64,000 bases of DNA from NCBI GenBank assembly GCA_016618085.1, contig JABLTG010000118.1, positions 1 to 64,000 on the forward strand, written 5' to 3'. Both the position numbers and the translations under genes were made by a program. Source of the stretch: Neovahlkampfia damariscottae. Its lineage: Eukaryota. The notes below the pieces were generated by a model. That model did not search any database. It was not told where the DNA came from and worked only from the letters and a program-made list of their open reading frames with translations. Every line of letters begins with the position of its first letter. The stretch's first letter is position 1. Below are positions 24,173-37,131 of this stretch, in pieces.

Positions 24173-26495
24173 TGTTTCATTTTTTTTTTCTTTTTTTCAT
24201 CATTTTCAGCTTTTCTTTTTTTTCCTTTTTTTTCAACCACTGATTTTTTTGTTTCAATTTTTTCTTCTTTTTCAATCACCACTGGTTGTTTTGTTTTAAT
24301 TTTTTTTTTTATTTTCTTTTTTGATTCATTCAATAATGAATGATCAGTTGATTTATTATTTTGACTTACAAAATCATGTTTTGTAAGATCTTGTTTTGAA
24401 CAAGGATTAATAAAGAATAAACCAACACATTGATTATTTGAAATATCATCAAAATTTTCATGAAAACTAACAGGTGATTGAATAGATTGACCAACTTGAG
24501 GTGAAGAATTCATTAATTTTAACCAAGCTTCAAAGGTTTTAAAAGAATAAAATTTGAATTCTTTTTCATTTTTTTTAAATATTTTCATTAAATCTTCATT
24601 ATCTTTATGAAAATATAAAATTGAATATTTGAATTGATTTCTATCTTTTTCTTCTTTTGTAACTTTTAAATTTTTTGTAATATTTCTTAATTTTGTTGAA
24701 TCAATAAATGGTAAAAGAACAACAGATTTCCAAGATTGATCAGTTAAATTTAAATCTTGTTCAAATTCTGTTGGATAAAATTCTTTTAATTTTGAATCAT
24801 TGGATAACATTTCATTTTGATAACTTATAGGTAAACAATGAGCACTCTTTTTTGGCATTACACTCATTAATTGATCAAATGGTTTAAATGGAAAATTATA
24901 TTCAAATTTAAATCCTTTAAATCTATTTAAAATTGAATCAGAGAATTCAATAATATCAGATGCTAAAGGTGTATAATGAAATTTAAAATACCAATCCCAA
25001 CTTTGTACATTAACTGTATAATATTTCCAAACAAAAATTAAACCTTCAATATAACTCAAAACTACTTCTTCTCTTAATTTTCTTATTTCTTTTTTTGATA
25101 CTTTTTGATTATTAAAAAATTTAAATAAATAATAATCATTTTTCCAATCACCTTCACCTCTTGCAATACTTTCTGGATATAATTTTGATTCAGTTGGATA
25201 TTCTCTTTTTGTTCCTTTTTCTTTTGTTCTTGAAATGAATGAATCCATTAATTGTTTATCATTTGATATTTTTATCATTTCTGCTTTAAATTGTTTTGGT
25301 AATTTAATCTTTTTTTTTTCTTCTTCTTCTTTTTTATCTAATGCTCTCTCTGTCATTGAATTTGTTTGTTGTACTTTTTTTGGAAATATTTCATCTTCAA
25401 TTTCACCAACTTTACCTAAAAATAAAACTAATCTATTTAACATAATTAAACTTCCTTTTGTAATATATCCTTCTTCATTGACAAATTTTTTATAAAGTTG
25501 AAGTAATAAATCTAATGCACCATCATTAATAATTAAAGAAGGTAATCTTGGTAAAAAATCATTACCAACAAAACAACATAATAAAATAAAATCATCAATC
25601 ATATTATTAATATCACCATTCTTTTTTACTCCAATAAATTCTTCTGATAAACATTCAATTAAATATTCAATTGAAAATATATGTAATGGTTTATTTAATG
25701 AATCAGAATATCTATCAAATTGTTCTTCTCTCATTAAATATACTTTCTTTTCATGTGATAAAATAGATAACATTATTAAATCTGCATCTAATCCATGAAT
25801 AACATGAGTTAATCCTTCACATGTTTGTGTTCGAATATAATGAAATAATTTATGTTCTCCTTCACCTGGATAATGTGCATCAGAAAATATAACTTTTAAA
25901 TTCTTCCATTTTTCATTTTCATTTATTTTTTTTAACACATAAAATTTTACAGCTTCAGAAACTTTTTCCATAAAAACTGTTCCAGGTGTAATTACATTAT
26001 GATCCCAAGATGAAAGATTATATCCTTCTAACGTCTCTTGTAATGCTTCTCTAACCATATTTAAACGTTCTTCTTTTGCAGGAATACCTTCAGTTGATTC
26101 TTTAGCTGTTGAGAATCGACGTGCTCTTTGTTGATTCATTTTTGCACGAGGTGCTACACCATCTAATTTTTTTGTTAAAATATTAATTATTCAAACCAAT
26201 TCCCATGTAAATCATATTTTGAGGTTCAATAGAGTCAATAATTCGATCAAGATAGTTCAATATATTTACAATCATATCGTCTTCAGTTTCTGGTTTTTTA
26301 CCTTCTGTTGGATGAGCACATGGATGGATTAAACCTAGAAAAATTAAAAACCAATTATTTCAAACCATTCATGTCAATGTAGAGGTTATCAACGTGCATA
26401 TTCATTTCTTTTCCTCCTTCTTTTATTTTTGTATAAAGTGGTGGTACTTTTCCATATCTTTTGAATATCCAAGCTGCAAATGAAGGAACACCCAT
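24169..26495 (-). CDS. XRN-family 5'-3' exoribonuclease (compact, Xrn2/Rat1-like, basic NLS-like tail)
   Basis: MGVPSF, LYIDMNG|LIHPC, DGVAPRAKMNQQRARRF, ITPGT, PGEGEHK, GLDADLIML, VGNDFLP. Introns 26335-26365 and 26163-26196. Confidence 0.92.
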
Positions 26496-26777
26496 TTTTA
26501 ATTTTTCAAAATTTGGTTGTGGTTTTTTTTTTGATCTGAACTAACGTGTGATTGGCCAAATAAAATATTCAAATGGAAAGTAGGAAATTTCCAGTTTTTC
26601 AATTTTTTTTTAATTTAACAATCAGACTCTTGGACTATAATTATATTGAAAAGTATTTTGAGAACTGATGTTCAGGTGCTTTCTTCCAACTAAGTTCGGG
26701 AAGTATACCTCAACGTGTAGTAATTGCACAAGAGTGTTCGAATATTTTAGACAAAAAAAACTGACCAATGAACAAAA

Positions 26778-27742
26778 ATGAGAAAAATCTACAAACTTTA
26801 CCAAACTGATGATGAACTTAAAAATAATAAAGAAGAATTGAAAGAAATGTGTGAAGAATTGTCGAAATATGGTTACTTTTATACTGAAATTCCAGAGGAT
26901 CTTGGACTGGCTGTAGAAGAAGTTGTTCCTGTTTCAAAATCTTTTTTTCAATTGAGCATGGAAGAAAAAATAAATTTTGCGAACCCTGGATCAAAACATA
27001 AATTTATAAAAGGTGATAAACTTGTTTTACCAGATAAAAGAGAATTTTATGTTTGGAAATTATTTTAACTTAAACAAAGGATGTCCAACAACAAAATTTT
27101 ATAAATATGAAAGATGAAAATTTTATTAAACCAACAAGAAAAGCATTTAAATTATATGAAAATTATTCTGAACTGTACATGAAACAAATTATATTTGGTA
27201 TTGAAGGAGATTTAGATTATGTCAAATCTTTATATGGGAAATCAATTTCAACATTGAGATTATTACATTATTTTGAAACAAAAAATGAAATAATTTCATG
27301 TCTTCCACATTCAGATATGGGATTTATTACTTTAGCTATTTGTTTTTCTTCAGGTTTAGAAATCAAAGAACTTTCAACCAACAAATATTTTGATGCTGAA
27401 AAAAATGCACCAAGTGAACATTGTATGATGATTTTTGCGGGTGAATCTTTGGCAAGATTATCAGGTGGTTATTTTAAATCACCAATTCATCGAGTAAAAT
27501 CAATGAAAGAAAGATATTCCCTTCCTTTCTTTTTTAGAGGAAGAAACAATGCGGAATTAGATGTAATGAAATTAAATAGTGATTATCTTTCAAAAAAAAT
27601 TGATTTAGACGATAAATATTTAATGGCACCAATGAAGATTGCAAAATTGTACGATTTAACAAAACAACAATATATTGAAGGTGAACATCCTATTGAATTG
27701 GGAAAATATAAAAAAGAAGAATATTGGAATCTTGAAGAATAA
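26778..27742 (+). CDS. 2-oxoglutarate/Fe(II) dioxygenase (IPNS-like)
   Basis: LRLLHY, HxD (HSDMG), distal His (IHRV), RxS (RYSLPFF); intron 27051-27079. Confidence 0.85.
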
Positions 27743-27804
27743 AATTCTATTCCATTAAATTTTATTGTTGTTGTGGAATGATTCAATTGGTTAATTTCCG
27801 ACGA

Positions 27805-28779
27805 ATGGAAGAAGAAGGATTTGAACAAGTTGAAGAAGAAGAACCTGAAGAATTATACTGGTCTGAAGATGAATATCATGAGGAGGATTATGATGATGAA
27901 GTTGATATTGATGATATAATGGATAATTTAGATGGCGAAGATCCAGAAAGATTGAATCAATTTTATACGTTTCTTCAGAGTGTTTTACAAAGAGATGAAG
28001 AAGAATCAGAAGATGCTGAAAAATATGACGAAACTGGATATATGGTACTAACAGATGAAAATTTGCCGCAAAATATTCTCTTTAGTTTGGATACGTATTT
28101 CAAAGTTATGGATAATGAAGATATCATTTTTAAAACTGATAGAAATTTAGAAACAAGCCGTAGATCAAATCTTCAATTTCAAACACTTGATAACAAATTT
28201 TATGGGAATCAATCAAGAGCATATAAAGATGGTAAAATTTATTTTGAAGTTGAAATTGTACATTGGAGAAAAAAAAAATATAGAAATAATCCAATTATTG
28301 GTGTCGGTCTTGCGCCATATTCTTTTCAAAATGGTATGGTAGGCTGGAGTTCAAATTCAATAGGTTATCATGCTGATGTAAACTATAAAAAAAATGATTT
28401 AAAAAAAAACAAGGATGGTGGTATTTTTAATAATTCTGGAATGCATAATATACAAGGAGAAAGTTGTGATACCAATGATGTTATGGGTTGTTTATGGGAC
28501 TGGAAGAAAGATGAAGTCTTATTCACAAAGAATGGTGAATTATGTAAAATAGTAGGCTCAAATGAAGTTATAAAAAAAAAAAGGTATAGAAAATATTTCA
28601 ATTTAGTGCCATCTATTACAACTTCTCATATTGATAATATTCATTATAAAGTTAATTTGGGTGAAAATGTGATCAAAAAACCATTCAAATACCCAAATTT
28701 CAATATACTTTCAATTGAAAATTGTTGGAAAGAATTAAAAAATGAACAATTTATAGATGTAATTTTTATTGACAATTGA
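27805..28779 (+). CDS. SPRY-domain protein (RanBP9-type SPRY) with acidic N-terminus
   Basis: YFEVEI, IGVG, VGW..NSIGYHAD|DG (in-frame intron 28378-28413), DVMGC, FTKNG, VNLG..PFKY. Confidence 0.8.
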   Translation: MEEEGFEQVEEEEPEELYWSEDEYHEEDYDDEVDIDDIMDNLDGEDPERLNQFYTFLQSVLQRDEEESEDAEKYDETGYMVLTDENLPQNILFSLDTYFKVMDNEDIIFKTDRNLETSRRSNLQFQTLDNKFYGNQSRAYKDGKIYFEVEIVHWRKKKYRNNPIIGVGLAPYSFQNGMVGWSSNSIGYHADVNYKKNDLKKNKDGGIFNNSGMHNIQGESCDTNDVMGCLWDWKKDEVLFTKNGELCKIVGSNEVIKKKRYRKYFNLVPSITTSHIDNIHYKVNLGENVIKKPFKYPNFNILSIENCWKELKNEQFIDVIFIDN

Positions 28780-28782
28780 CCT

Positions 28783-29513
28783 CTATTTCTTTAAAATGTC
28801 AAATAAAACTTTTTCAAATTCAATCATGTCTGTTACATAAAAATCACTCATTTCTTTTGTTTGTTCTAAGTAATTGTTGACACCAAAACCAATTGAGAAA
28901 TCTGCTACTCCTGTTGTTTTGATTTTCATATCACTAACACCGTCACCTATGCAAATAATAGGAGAGACAATTGAACCATTGTCTTTCAAATCACCCATTA
29001 TTTTTTGTTTTCCTTTTGTAATCAAATCTTCTTCTGTAACATATTTTCCGTCCTTTGCTTCAATATCTAAATTGACAGCATAAACATTTTCTTGTGAAAT
29101 ATTTAAATCTTTTGCGATTGGGGTGATACAACATTTAGGTCCATGTGAAACACTATTTGATTTTTTTAAATATTATTCAATGAATTACATTATAATTTGA
29201 ACTTTTGGAAAATCTTGACGTACTTTTTTTAAACACTCTTCAAAACCAGGTGTGACTTTAGTTTTCAACTCTTCCATGAATTCATTGAATAATTTAACTG
29301 ATGGATTTGCTAATTCAAGACGTTTTTGATAACTTTGTAGCATTGTTATTTGTCCTCTATTTCCTTGTTGTGTAATTGCTTGAATCTTTTCGGCAATTTC
29401 AACACTTTCTGCTGCTCTTCCTAACAAAATTGAAAGTGATTCACTGAATTTTTTAAAAATAAAGTAAATTACCAAGTAACCAAAGTTGAGTCAAAATCAA
29501 TGAGTAAAGTCAT
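28783..29513 (-). CDS. HAD-superfamily phosphoserine phosphatase-like
   Basis: Motif I IDFDSTLV, motif II VSHG, motif IV IGDGVSD; two introns. Confidence 0.8.
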
Positions 29514-29555
29514 TCACTTTTGTGTTTTTCAATAATTATTCCGTTAAACCATCTG

Positions 29556-29560
29556 ATTGG
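29556..29560. promoter_or_regulatory. CCAAT box in the bidirectional spacer between the HAD phosphatase and WD40 genes
   Basis: TGATTGGAT between ATGs at 29513(-) and 29591(+). Confidence 0.6.
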
Positions 29561-29590
29561 ATAAACATCCTCCATACAAAAAGTGTTTGA

Positions 29591-30645
29591 ATGGATTTAG
29601 ACTGGGAGCAAGAAAAACTAAAAAAACTAAACTCTATATTTTCATCAACAATAACTTTTAATCATTCTGGTTATATTGATTGTGTCAAAATATCACCAGA
29701 TTCAAAGCACATAGTTTACAATTGCGATAAGAGTATTTTGTTTCGTGATGCTTCAACTTTGAAACTTGTGGATACTTTAAAAGATCATTCAAAATTTGTT
29801 TCTAGTATCTGTTTTAATTCAAAATATATTTTTTCAAGTGCTCAAGGAGAAATATTTCAATATGAACAAAAAGAGAGAAAGTTAGCAAATAAATTCAAAA
29901 TTGGAACAAAAGAGAAGGCTTTAAATATGTCAGCAAATGATAAATACTTGGTTTTTTATGGTTGTTCAAGAGTTATTTGTTTTGATTTGAAAGAAAACAA
30001 AGAAATATATTCACAAAAACATAAAGATAATGCTGTGCTTGGAAATGGTGTCGTTTGTATCTCAGGAGATGAAGAAGATGAATTTTTTTTATCAAATGAC
30101 TTTGAAAGGTTTTCAAGATTTAATTTTAAGGAAGAAAAAAATATTTATCGGAAATTTTCAATTTTTCCAACGGCAATGACACTTGAAAAAGAAAATCATT
30201 TCTTTTGGGGTAATTTTCATTACAATATTAATCATTTATGAATCATAGGAGGTCCTTTAGGAAATATTTATTACTATGATCGAGAAAAAGACAAACAATT
30301 TTCTTTAAAACCAAAGCATGCAGATCTAGTGTCTAGTATTTCTTTTAAAGGAAATATTTTGATATCAGGTTCAATAGATAAACACATTTATCTTTGGAAT
30401 TATATTTTTGGCAAACAACCAAAATTTATTGAAGAAGTAAAACAAGATTCAAGTATTATTGCAGTGGATATAATACCAGAACAGTAAAACAATTACTTTT
30501 AAAATTATAAAGGTACATTGTGGTAGGTTTGAAAAATCGGACTTTGAAAATATTGAAATTTAAAAATTCAGTTGAAGGAAGAATTCAAAGAGTATTATAT
30601 AACAATGGATTTGTTGACTTTAATTTTAATTTTGAATCACTTTAG
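29591..30645 (+). CDS. WD40-repeat protein
   Basis: DHSKFVSSI, HADLVSSI..LISGSIDKHIYLWN. Introns 30210-30248 and 30484-30512; ends LYNNGFVDFNFNFESL*. Confidence 0.75.
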
Positions 30646-30704
30646 TTTGTGGTTTCTAAATGATACTGAACTGTTCTCATTGGTTGTTTGAGTTAAACTA
30701 AAAA

Positions 30705-31611
30705 ATGAACACAGAAGTGAAAGAAAACTTCAGGAAATATGATGACCCAAATTTAGTGATGAAATTAGACTTAAATTATGATCCATATCCAACAGTAATG
30801 CCAAAATATAAAAGAGGTACTTAAAACAAGTTTTAAAGAATAAAATAAATAGAAATGTATGAAAAACAAGCAGCATTACGTTGGAATTTATTTTATAAAA
30901 GAAATGATGTGAAATTTTTTAAAGATCGACATTGGATAACCAGAGAGTTTCCTGAAGTAATGGAAAACCTTGAAAAACCAACAAAACTATTAGAAGCAGG
31001 TTGTGGAGTTGGAAATACAGTTAGTTTTTAAAAAATAATTCATTTATTAAAATAGGTATTTCCATTATCAAAACTTTTACCGAATACATTTATTTATTCT
31101 TTTGATTTTTCTCATCACGCAGTTCAATTAGTAAAATCCAACAAAAACTATGATGAAAAAAAAATGAAATCATTTACATTAGATTTAACAAAAGAAGATA
31201 TACCAGATGATTTGATTGAAGATAACTCGTTGGATTATGTAACTCTAATTTTTGTTTTAAGTGCGATGGCACCTGAAGAAATTCAAGAATCTGTGAATAG
31301 AATTTATAAAGTTTTATAAATATTAATTTAATCTTTATCAGAAAATGAAAAAGGGTGGTATTTGTTTCTTGAGAGATTATGCAATAGAAGATATGGCACA
31401 AATTAGATTCGCAGGTTCAAGTAAAATTGATGAAAATTATTATGTTAGAATAGATGGAACAAGAACTTATTTCTTTTCTACTGAAATTATTTCATCCTTA
31501 TTTTCAAAGTTTGAAATTTTGGAAAACAAATATTTTGAAAAGAAGATTTGCAATGTAAAAGAGGAAAAAGAAATGGATCGTGTGTTTCTTCAAGGAAAAT
31601 TCAAAAAGTAA
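30705..31611 (+). CDS. METTL6: tRNA 3-methylcytidine methyltransferase (METTL6/METTL2/Trm140 family)
   Basis: WNLFYKRN..FFKDRHW..REF, LEAGCGVGNT|VFP, DFS, IFVLSA, RDY..D.AQ.RF, YVR.DGT.TYFF; three introns. Confidence 0.88.
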
Positions 31612-31912
31612 AAATCAAGTTTTTAAATATTTTAATTTTAAATGAACACCTTTCTGAGTGCTTGTTCCAATTGATTCATTTTTTGTTCAGAACTTTTTAA
31701 AAAGTTGTTTTTAATTTTTCAATTTCTTTTTGCATAAAACTAAAAATAAAAATCTGCAACCCAACCACCTTCCAACAAATTGTATCAAGTAAATTTCATA
31801 TGTTACATAACTCTTCTATTCATTCTCAAGTTTGTGATCACTTGATCTGCACAATAAAGTAAAACAATTTTGCCGTCTTTGAAAATAAAAATTGATGTCA
31901 TATTTGGATGAG

Positions 31913-32620
31913 TTAAAATTTTATTACAGGATTTTGTTGATCAAAAATAAATTCAAAATGAAAATAATAAGGTAGTATAATCAAATAAGAACCTATTTTA
32001 AAAATTAAAATAAAAATGAAATATTCAAACCTGAACCAAATCCATTGAATTTCAGTGATATCGTTTTATTTTGTATTTGAATTTCATCTTTAATCTCGGC
32101 AGTTAAATTAGAAGACATTGAATTATTAATTCCTTGAAATTGAAAAGTGTATAATTTAGGTACATCTCTGACTAAATCAAATAATGGTTCACCATCTCTT
32201 CTTCCAATTGTCGATTGAAACAGTATATCATCATCGTATGTGGTTTCAATTGATAATTCAGTTATTGAAGTTGTAAAAAATGAAGTATGATTCAGTAATA
32301 GCTTTGTTTTACTGTTAAATATGAATTGTGTTTCATTGAATTCATATTTTTCAATCGCAAAATTCATCGCTCTGACATCTGGTCGTGCTGGATATATCAT
32401 AAAAATTGAAAGTATAGCAATTAAAATTAAAGTAAATATTATGAACAATGAGGAGAAACAAGAACAAGGAATCCTAAAAATAAATAAATTCAAAATTGTT
32501 TTCAAACATGTACAGAAAGCCAACCTTCGAGTTCTCTATTACATCTTTACTATATTCATCGACTATCAGAGTTATTTGTTCGTCAGCATTCTTTGGAGCA
32601 AAATAATCAGAGTACAACAT
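31913..32620 (-). CDS. Single-pass membrane protein, LEA_2-like (possible paralogue of 13161-13886)
   Basis: Three exons from ATG 32620; Cys + TM followed by YPARPDV and a beta-rich domain. Confidence 0.5.
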
Positions 32621-32795
32621 AAAGAAAAAAAATTCGTTGAATGAAATTGACCAATCATAGACACACAAATTATTTGAAACTAATATTTTCTTCATTCATC
32701 TTTCTAACAAAGTTAGTTCAATACTTCGAATGACATTTTCAATCCAATTCCACCAATCAAAATTATTCATTCTTTTTTATTATTTATTTTGTTGA

Positions 32796-35700
32796 ATGGG
32801 TAATGTCAGTCACAGTAATAGCATCTTTTTTTGTTATTAATTAAATAGAACTTCCAGAGGAGAATAAGAATCAAGTTTTCAAAAAAATACCATACGAAAT
32901 AGACTACGAACGAATTCAAAGTTGATTTTTTTTTTTTTTTTCGTTTACTTTTTAATAGTTCATCCTCTGGTGGTTGAAAAATTATACCAAGATTTTTTGA
33001 TAAATTTTAATCAAGAAGAATACGTTGACAAAGCACATTTTAGACAGAAATATCAACTGAACAGGTACACTTCAATTTTAATTAAAAACTTAAAATTAAG
33101 AATGATTGAAAAATATTTATTTCATGCTATATCATCAAAAGAAGATAAAATTACATTCTTAGATTATCTTGAATATTTGAATATTTCTTCATATGGATCA
33201 AAAGAAGAAAAATCTGAACGTAAATCAATTTATTCATTAAACATGTAAAGTTATTTGTAAAATGTTAGATTTAAATGGAAAAGGAAAAATACAAGGAAGA
33301 CAATTATCTGAATTTGTTGAAGGAATTTGTTTAATGAATAAAGAACCAAAAGAAAGAAAAGTTGAGTATTTAGGAATTTGTAAAAATTTTTATGAAAAAC
33401 CAAAGAAACAAAATGAAACATTGAAAACAAATTTCCAAAAAATTTTCAAACCAAAAATACCAACAAAAATAGAAGAGGAAGAAAAATTAAAATCAAAAAT
33501 GGAAATTATTGAAGAACAGAACAGAATATTAAGAGAAAAGAAAGAATTTAAATTAAAAGAACAAAAAAGAAGGTCGGAAAATTTTATCAAGAATATTTTA
33601 AATAAAAAAAAAGAGGAAGAGATCATATTTGATGATATAGATTCTGATGTGGAAACACCAAAGTCTATAAAGTCACCAATTGGTAGAAATAGTATTGGTT
33701 CCGAAAGTGATCAATCACCAAAAATAAATGTATCAACAGTTGAAAGTGATACAATAAATTTAGATGAACCATTGAAAATTAATACTCAAATTAGAAAAAT
33801 ACAAAAGAATTCAACTGTTGATGTGGATTCACCTAAAATTCAATTTTTTGATACTTCTATTTTCAATGATCATAAAATGAATTCATCATCCAATAGTAAA
33901 CATCCATTTGATAAAATATCAAATGAAGAATCAATGATAGAAGTATTAAATGAGGTATCAAATCAAAAACAATATTTAAATGATGATGATACGTCAATTA
34001 AAAAAGATTCATTACAACAAAATTCAATGAATATATTAAAACAACAAAATTTAAAAGATAATTTGAGTGTTGAAATTGAATCAAATGAATTTACAGATAT
34101 TTCAATATATCAAGAAACAGATAGTTTAATTCCATCTGATTTTAATATTAATGAATCTGAATTAAATGATTTAACGATTAATGATTTTGATGAAGATGAA
34201 TTATATGATGAACTTGATGATCCATTTATATTTGAAGAAATAACAGGAACAAAAGATATTGAAATAATAGATAAAAAACAAAGAAATAGAAGTGATTCAT
34301 TACAATTTAGACAAGATTCTGAATTAAAAAAGAAAAAGTTATTAATTGATATTAAAAGAATTGTAAAGAATGAGAAATCAAATTCAACAGCAAAAGAAAG
34401 ATGGGAAAAAGTTTTAGATTTAAAAATGAAAGAAAAATTTGGAGAATGGGAAAAATCTAAAAGTGAAATGAAAATTAAATATGAAACAATGAAAGAGAAT
34501 TTTGCAAAAAGAATGATTGAAAAACAAAATAGAATTGAAGATTTTAAAAAGAAAATTGAATTTGAAAAAGAGAAATTTGATGAAAAAAAAGAAAAAATAA
34601 GAGAAAGATTTGAAAAAAATAAAGAAATATTTGATGAACAATTAAAAGGAAAATTTAAAGAAAAATTTGAATTTGAAAAAGAAAGAATTGAAATTGAAAA
34701 AGAAAGAATTATTGATAAGATTGATAAAAGAAAAGAAGAATTTTTAGAAAATGTAGTAACAACATTTGATGTTTATAATTCATCAATTATTGGTTTTGAT
34801 GATTTAAAATTAAAAGGAATTCAAAATCAAACATTTTTAGAATGTTTTGGTTTATTTCCAAAATTTAGAAATATTTTAAAATTATTTGAAGATTCAAAAG
34901 AAGAAGAAATATCAAAATTTGATTCAAAAAATATTAAATTCTTATTTGGTTATCCTTCTATTGAGGGTTTATTAACATCATATTCAACAAATCATAAAAG
35001 ATTTGCAAGTGTTGAATTAACATTCATCTCTTTTTATCAAGGTTCAAATGCATTAGAAAATTATAAATTTAGAAAACCAACAAGAGTTTTGAATTTACAA
35101 GAATGTCAAATTACAAGAAGAATTGATTTAGATTCATTAGATAAATTTGTATTTGAAATTGAAGTTTCAAAACCTTATTATTCAAGAAAGTTATATTTAA
35201 ATGATAAAAAAGAAATTGAAAAATGGATTTGGGTATTAAGAAGAAATTCAGGTCAAGTTGGATTTAGATTTAATTCTTCATTTCCAGTTCAATTGAATAA
35301 TGCATGCAACTATTTTATTGGTGGAAAATCTTATTTTGAAGATTTATCAAATGAAATGAAAAATGCAAAAAATGAAATATTTATATCAGGTTGGGTTCTT
35401 TCTCCTCATCTATATTTGAATAGAAATCCATCAAGAGATAGATTTGATGATTTATTGGTTGAAATTGCAGAAAAAGGTGTTAAAATTTATATCTTAATTT
35501 GGGATGAAAATAATTGGATTATTGATTTAGGTACTTCTTATGTCAAACAACATATTTCTCAATTACATAAAAATATTTTAATATTTAAAGATCCAAATGG
35601 TACTGTATTTCAATTTTGGTCACATCACCAAAAATGCGTAATTATAGATCAAGAAATTGGTTATTGTGGTGGTATTGATTTAGCTTATAATAGATGGGAA

Positions 35701-37017
35701 GATCCAGAACAATATTTAATATTTGATGAAAATGAAAAATATTTTCCTGGTATGGATTATGTGAATCCATTAAAGAAAACAGTTTATGTTGGTGATAATT
35801 TGACATCTTATTTGGATAGGTTTGGTTATACTTAAATTAATCAATTTATTTCTAGATCAAAAATACCTAGAATGCCTTGGCAAGATATTCAAGTTAAAAT
35901 TGTCGGAATTGGTGGAAAAGATTTAGCAAAGAATTTTATTCAAAGATGGAATTTTGGTGTTAGAAAATTCTCATCAATACCTCAATTAATAATGTCAATT
36001 GAACCTTTAAGACCAAAATTAAGAGAAAAAGAGAATTATCAAAATTGTAATATCCAAATTGTTAGATCTGCATGTAGATGGTCATTTGGTACTGAACAAC
36101 CAGAAAGATCAATTTATGATGCATATATTGAATTGATTGAAAAATCAAAACATTTTATTTATATTGAAAATCAATTTTTTATATCAGCTGCAAATGAAAA
36201 TCAAAAAAATCCAAGAAATTATATTGTTGCTGCCTTAATTAAAAGGATAAAAATTGCAATTGAAAAAAAAAAGAATTTTAAAGTGATTATTTGTGTTCCA
36301 TTTCAAACTGGATTTCCAATGAGTGAATCATCAACAAAAATCATTTCATATTGGCAATATAAATCAATTTTTAGAGGTGAAAATTCATTATTTGGTGTTT
36401 TAGAAAAAGAATATCCAAAAGTTGATATTGGAAAGTACATCTTTTTTTGTTCTTTAAGAACTTATGGAACATCAGAAAATTCAAAAAACTTGACAAGTCA
36501 AATTATTTATATTCATAGTAAAATGATGTTAGTTGATGATCGAATTGCCATCATTGGTTCTGCAAATATAAATGATAGAAGTCTAAGGGGAACAAGAGAT
36601 TCAGAAATTTGTGTGGTTATTGAAGATGAACAAAAAGTAGAATCAACAATGGGTGGTCAAAAATTCTTTGCTAGAAAATTTGCAAAAGATCTCAGAATGA
36701 AATGTTGGAATTATTTTTTTGCTCATGAAAAATTCAAAATTTCCATGAATGATCCAATTTTATTTTTTGATACTTTTGTCAAAACTGCAAATAATAATAC
36801 AACTATTTTTAATCATGTTTTTCAAAAAATTCATTCAAATGTTAAAAATGAATCAGATATTCATTATTTAGAAGAATATAATGAAAATTTAAAACCAAAA
36901 AATGTGGAATTATTGAAAAAATTAAAAGGTCATTTAGTCACTTTTCCAAAATGTTTTTTGGAAGAATCATCCAAGAATTCGGAAATTATTGTTGAAATTG
37001 ATAAATTATTTTTATAA
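32796..37017 (+). CDS. Phospholipase D with N-terminal EF-hand (NCS/CBL-like) region, coiled coil and PH domain
   Basis: MGN start; GSKEEK..KMLDLNGKGKI EF hand; PH ending EKWIWVL; RFNSSFP; two HKD motifs (HHQKCVIID, HSKMMLVD), RMPWQD, GSANINDRS. Confidence 0.9.
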
Positions 37018-37131
37018 TTTGAAAATTGTGGATCATTGTGGGAATTTGAAGAGAAATTGTAAATAAAGTATTCCCATTGATTTGAATTTTTATAATTTAT
37101 TTGCATCATAGATATATCAGTATATTTATTT

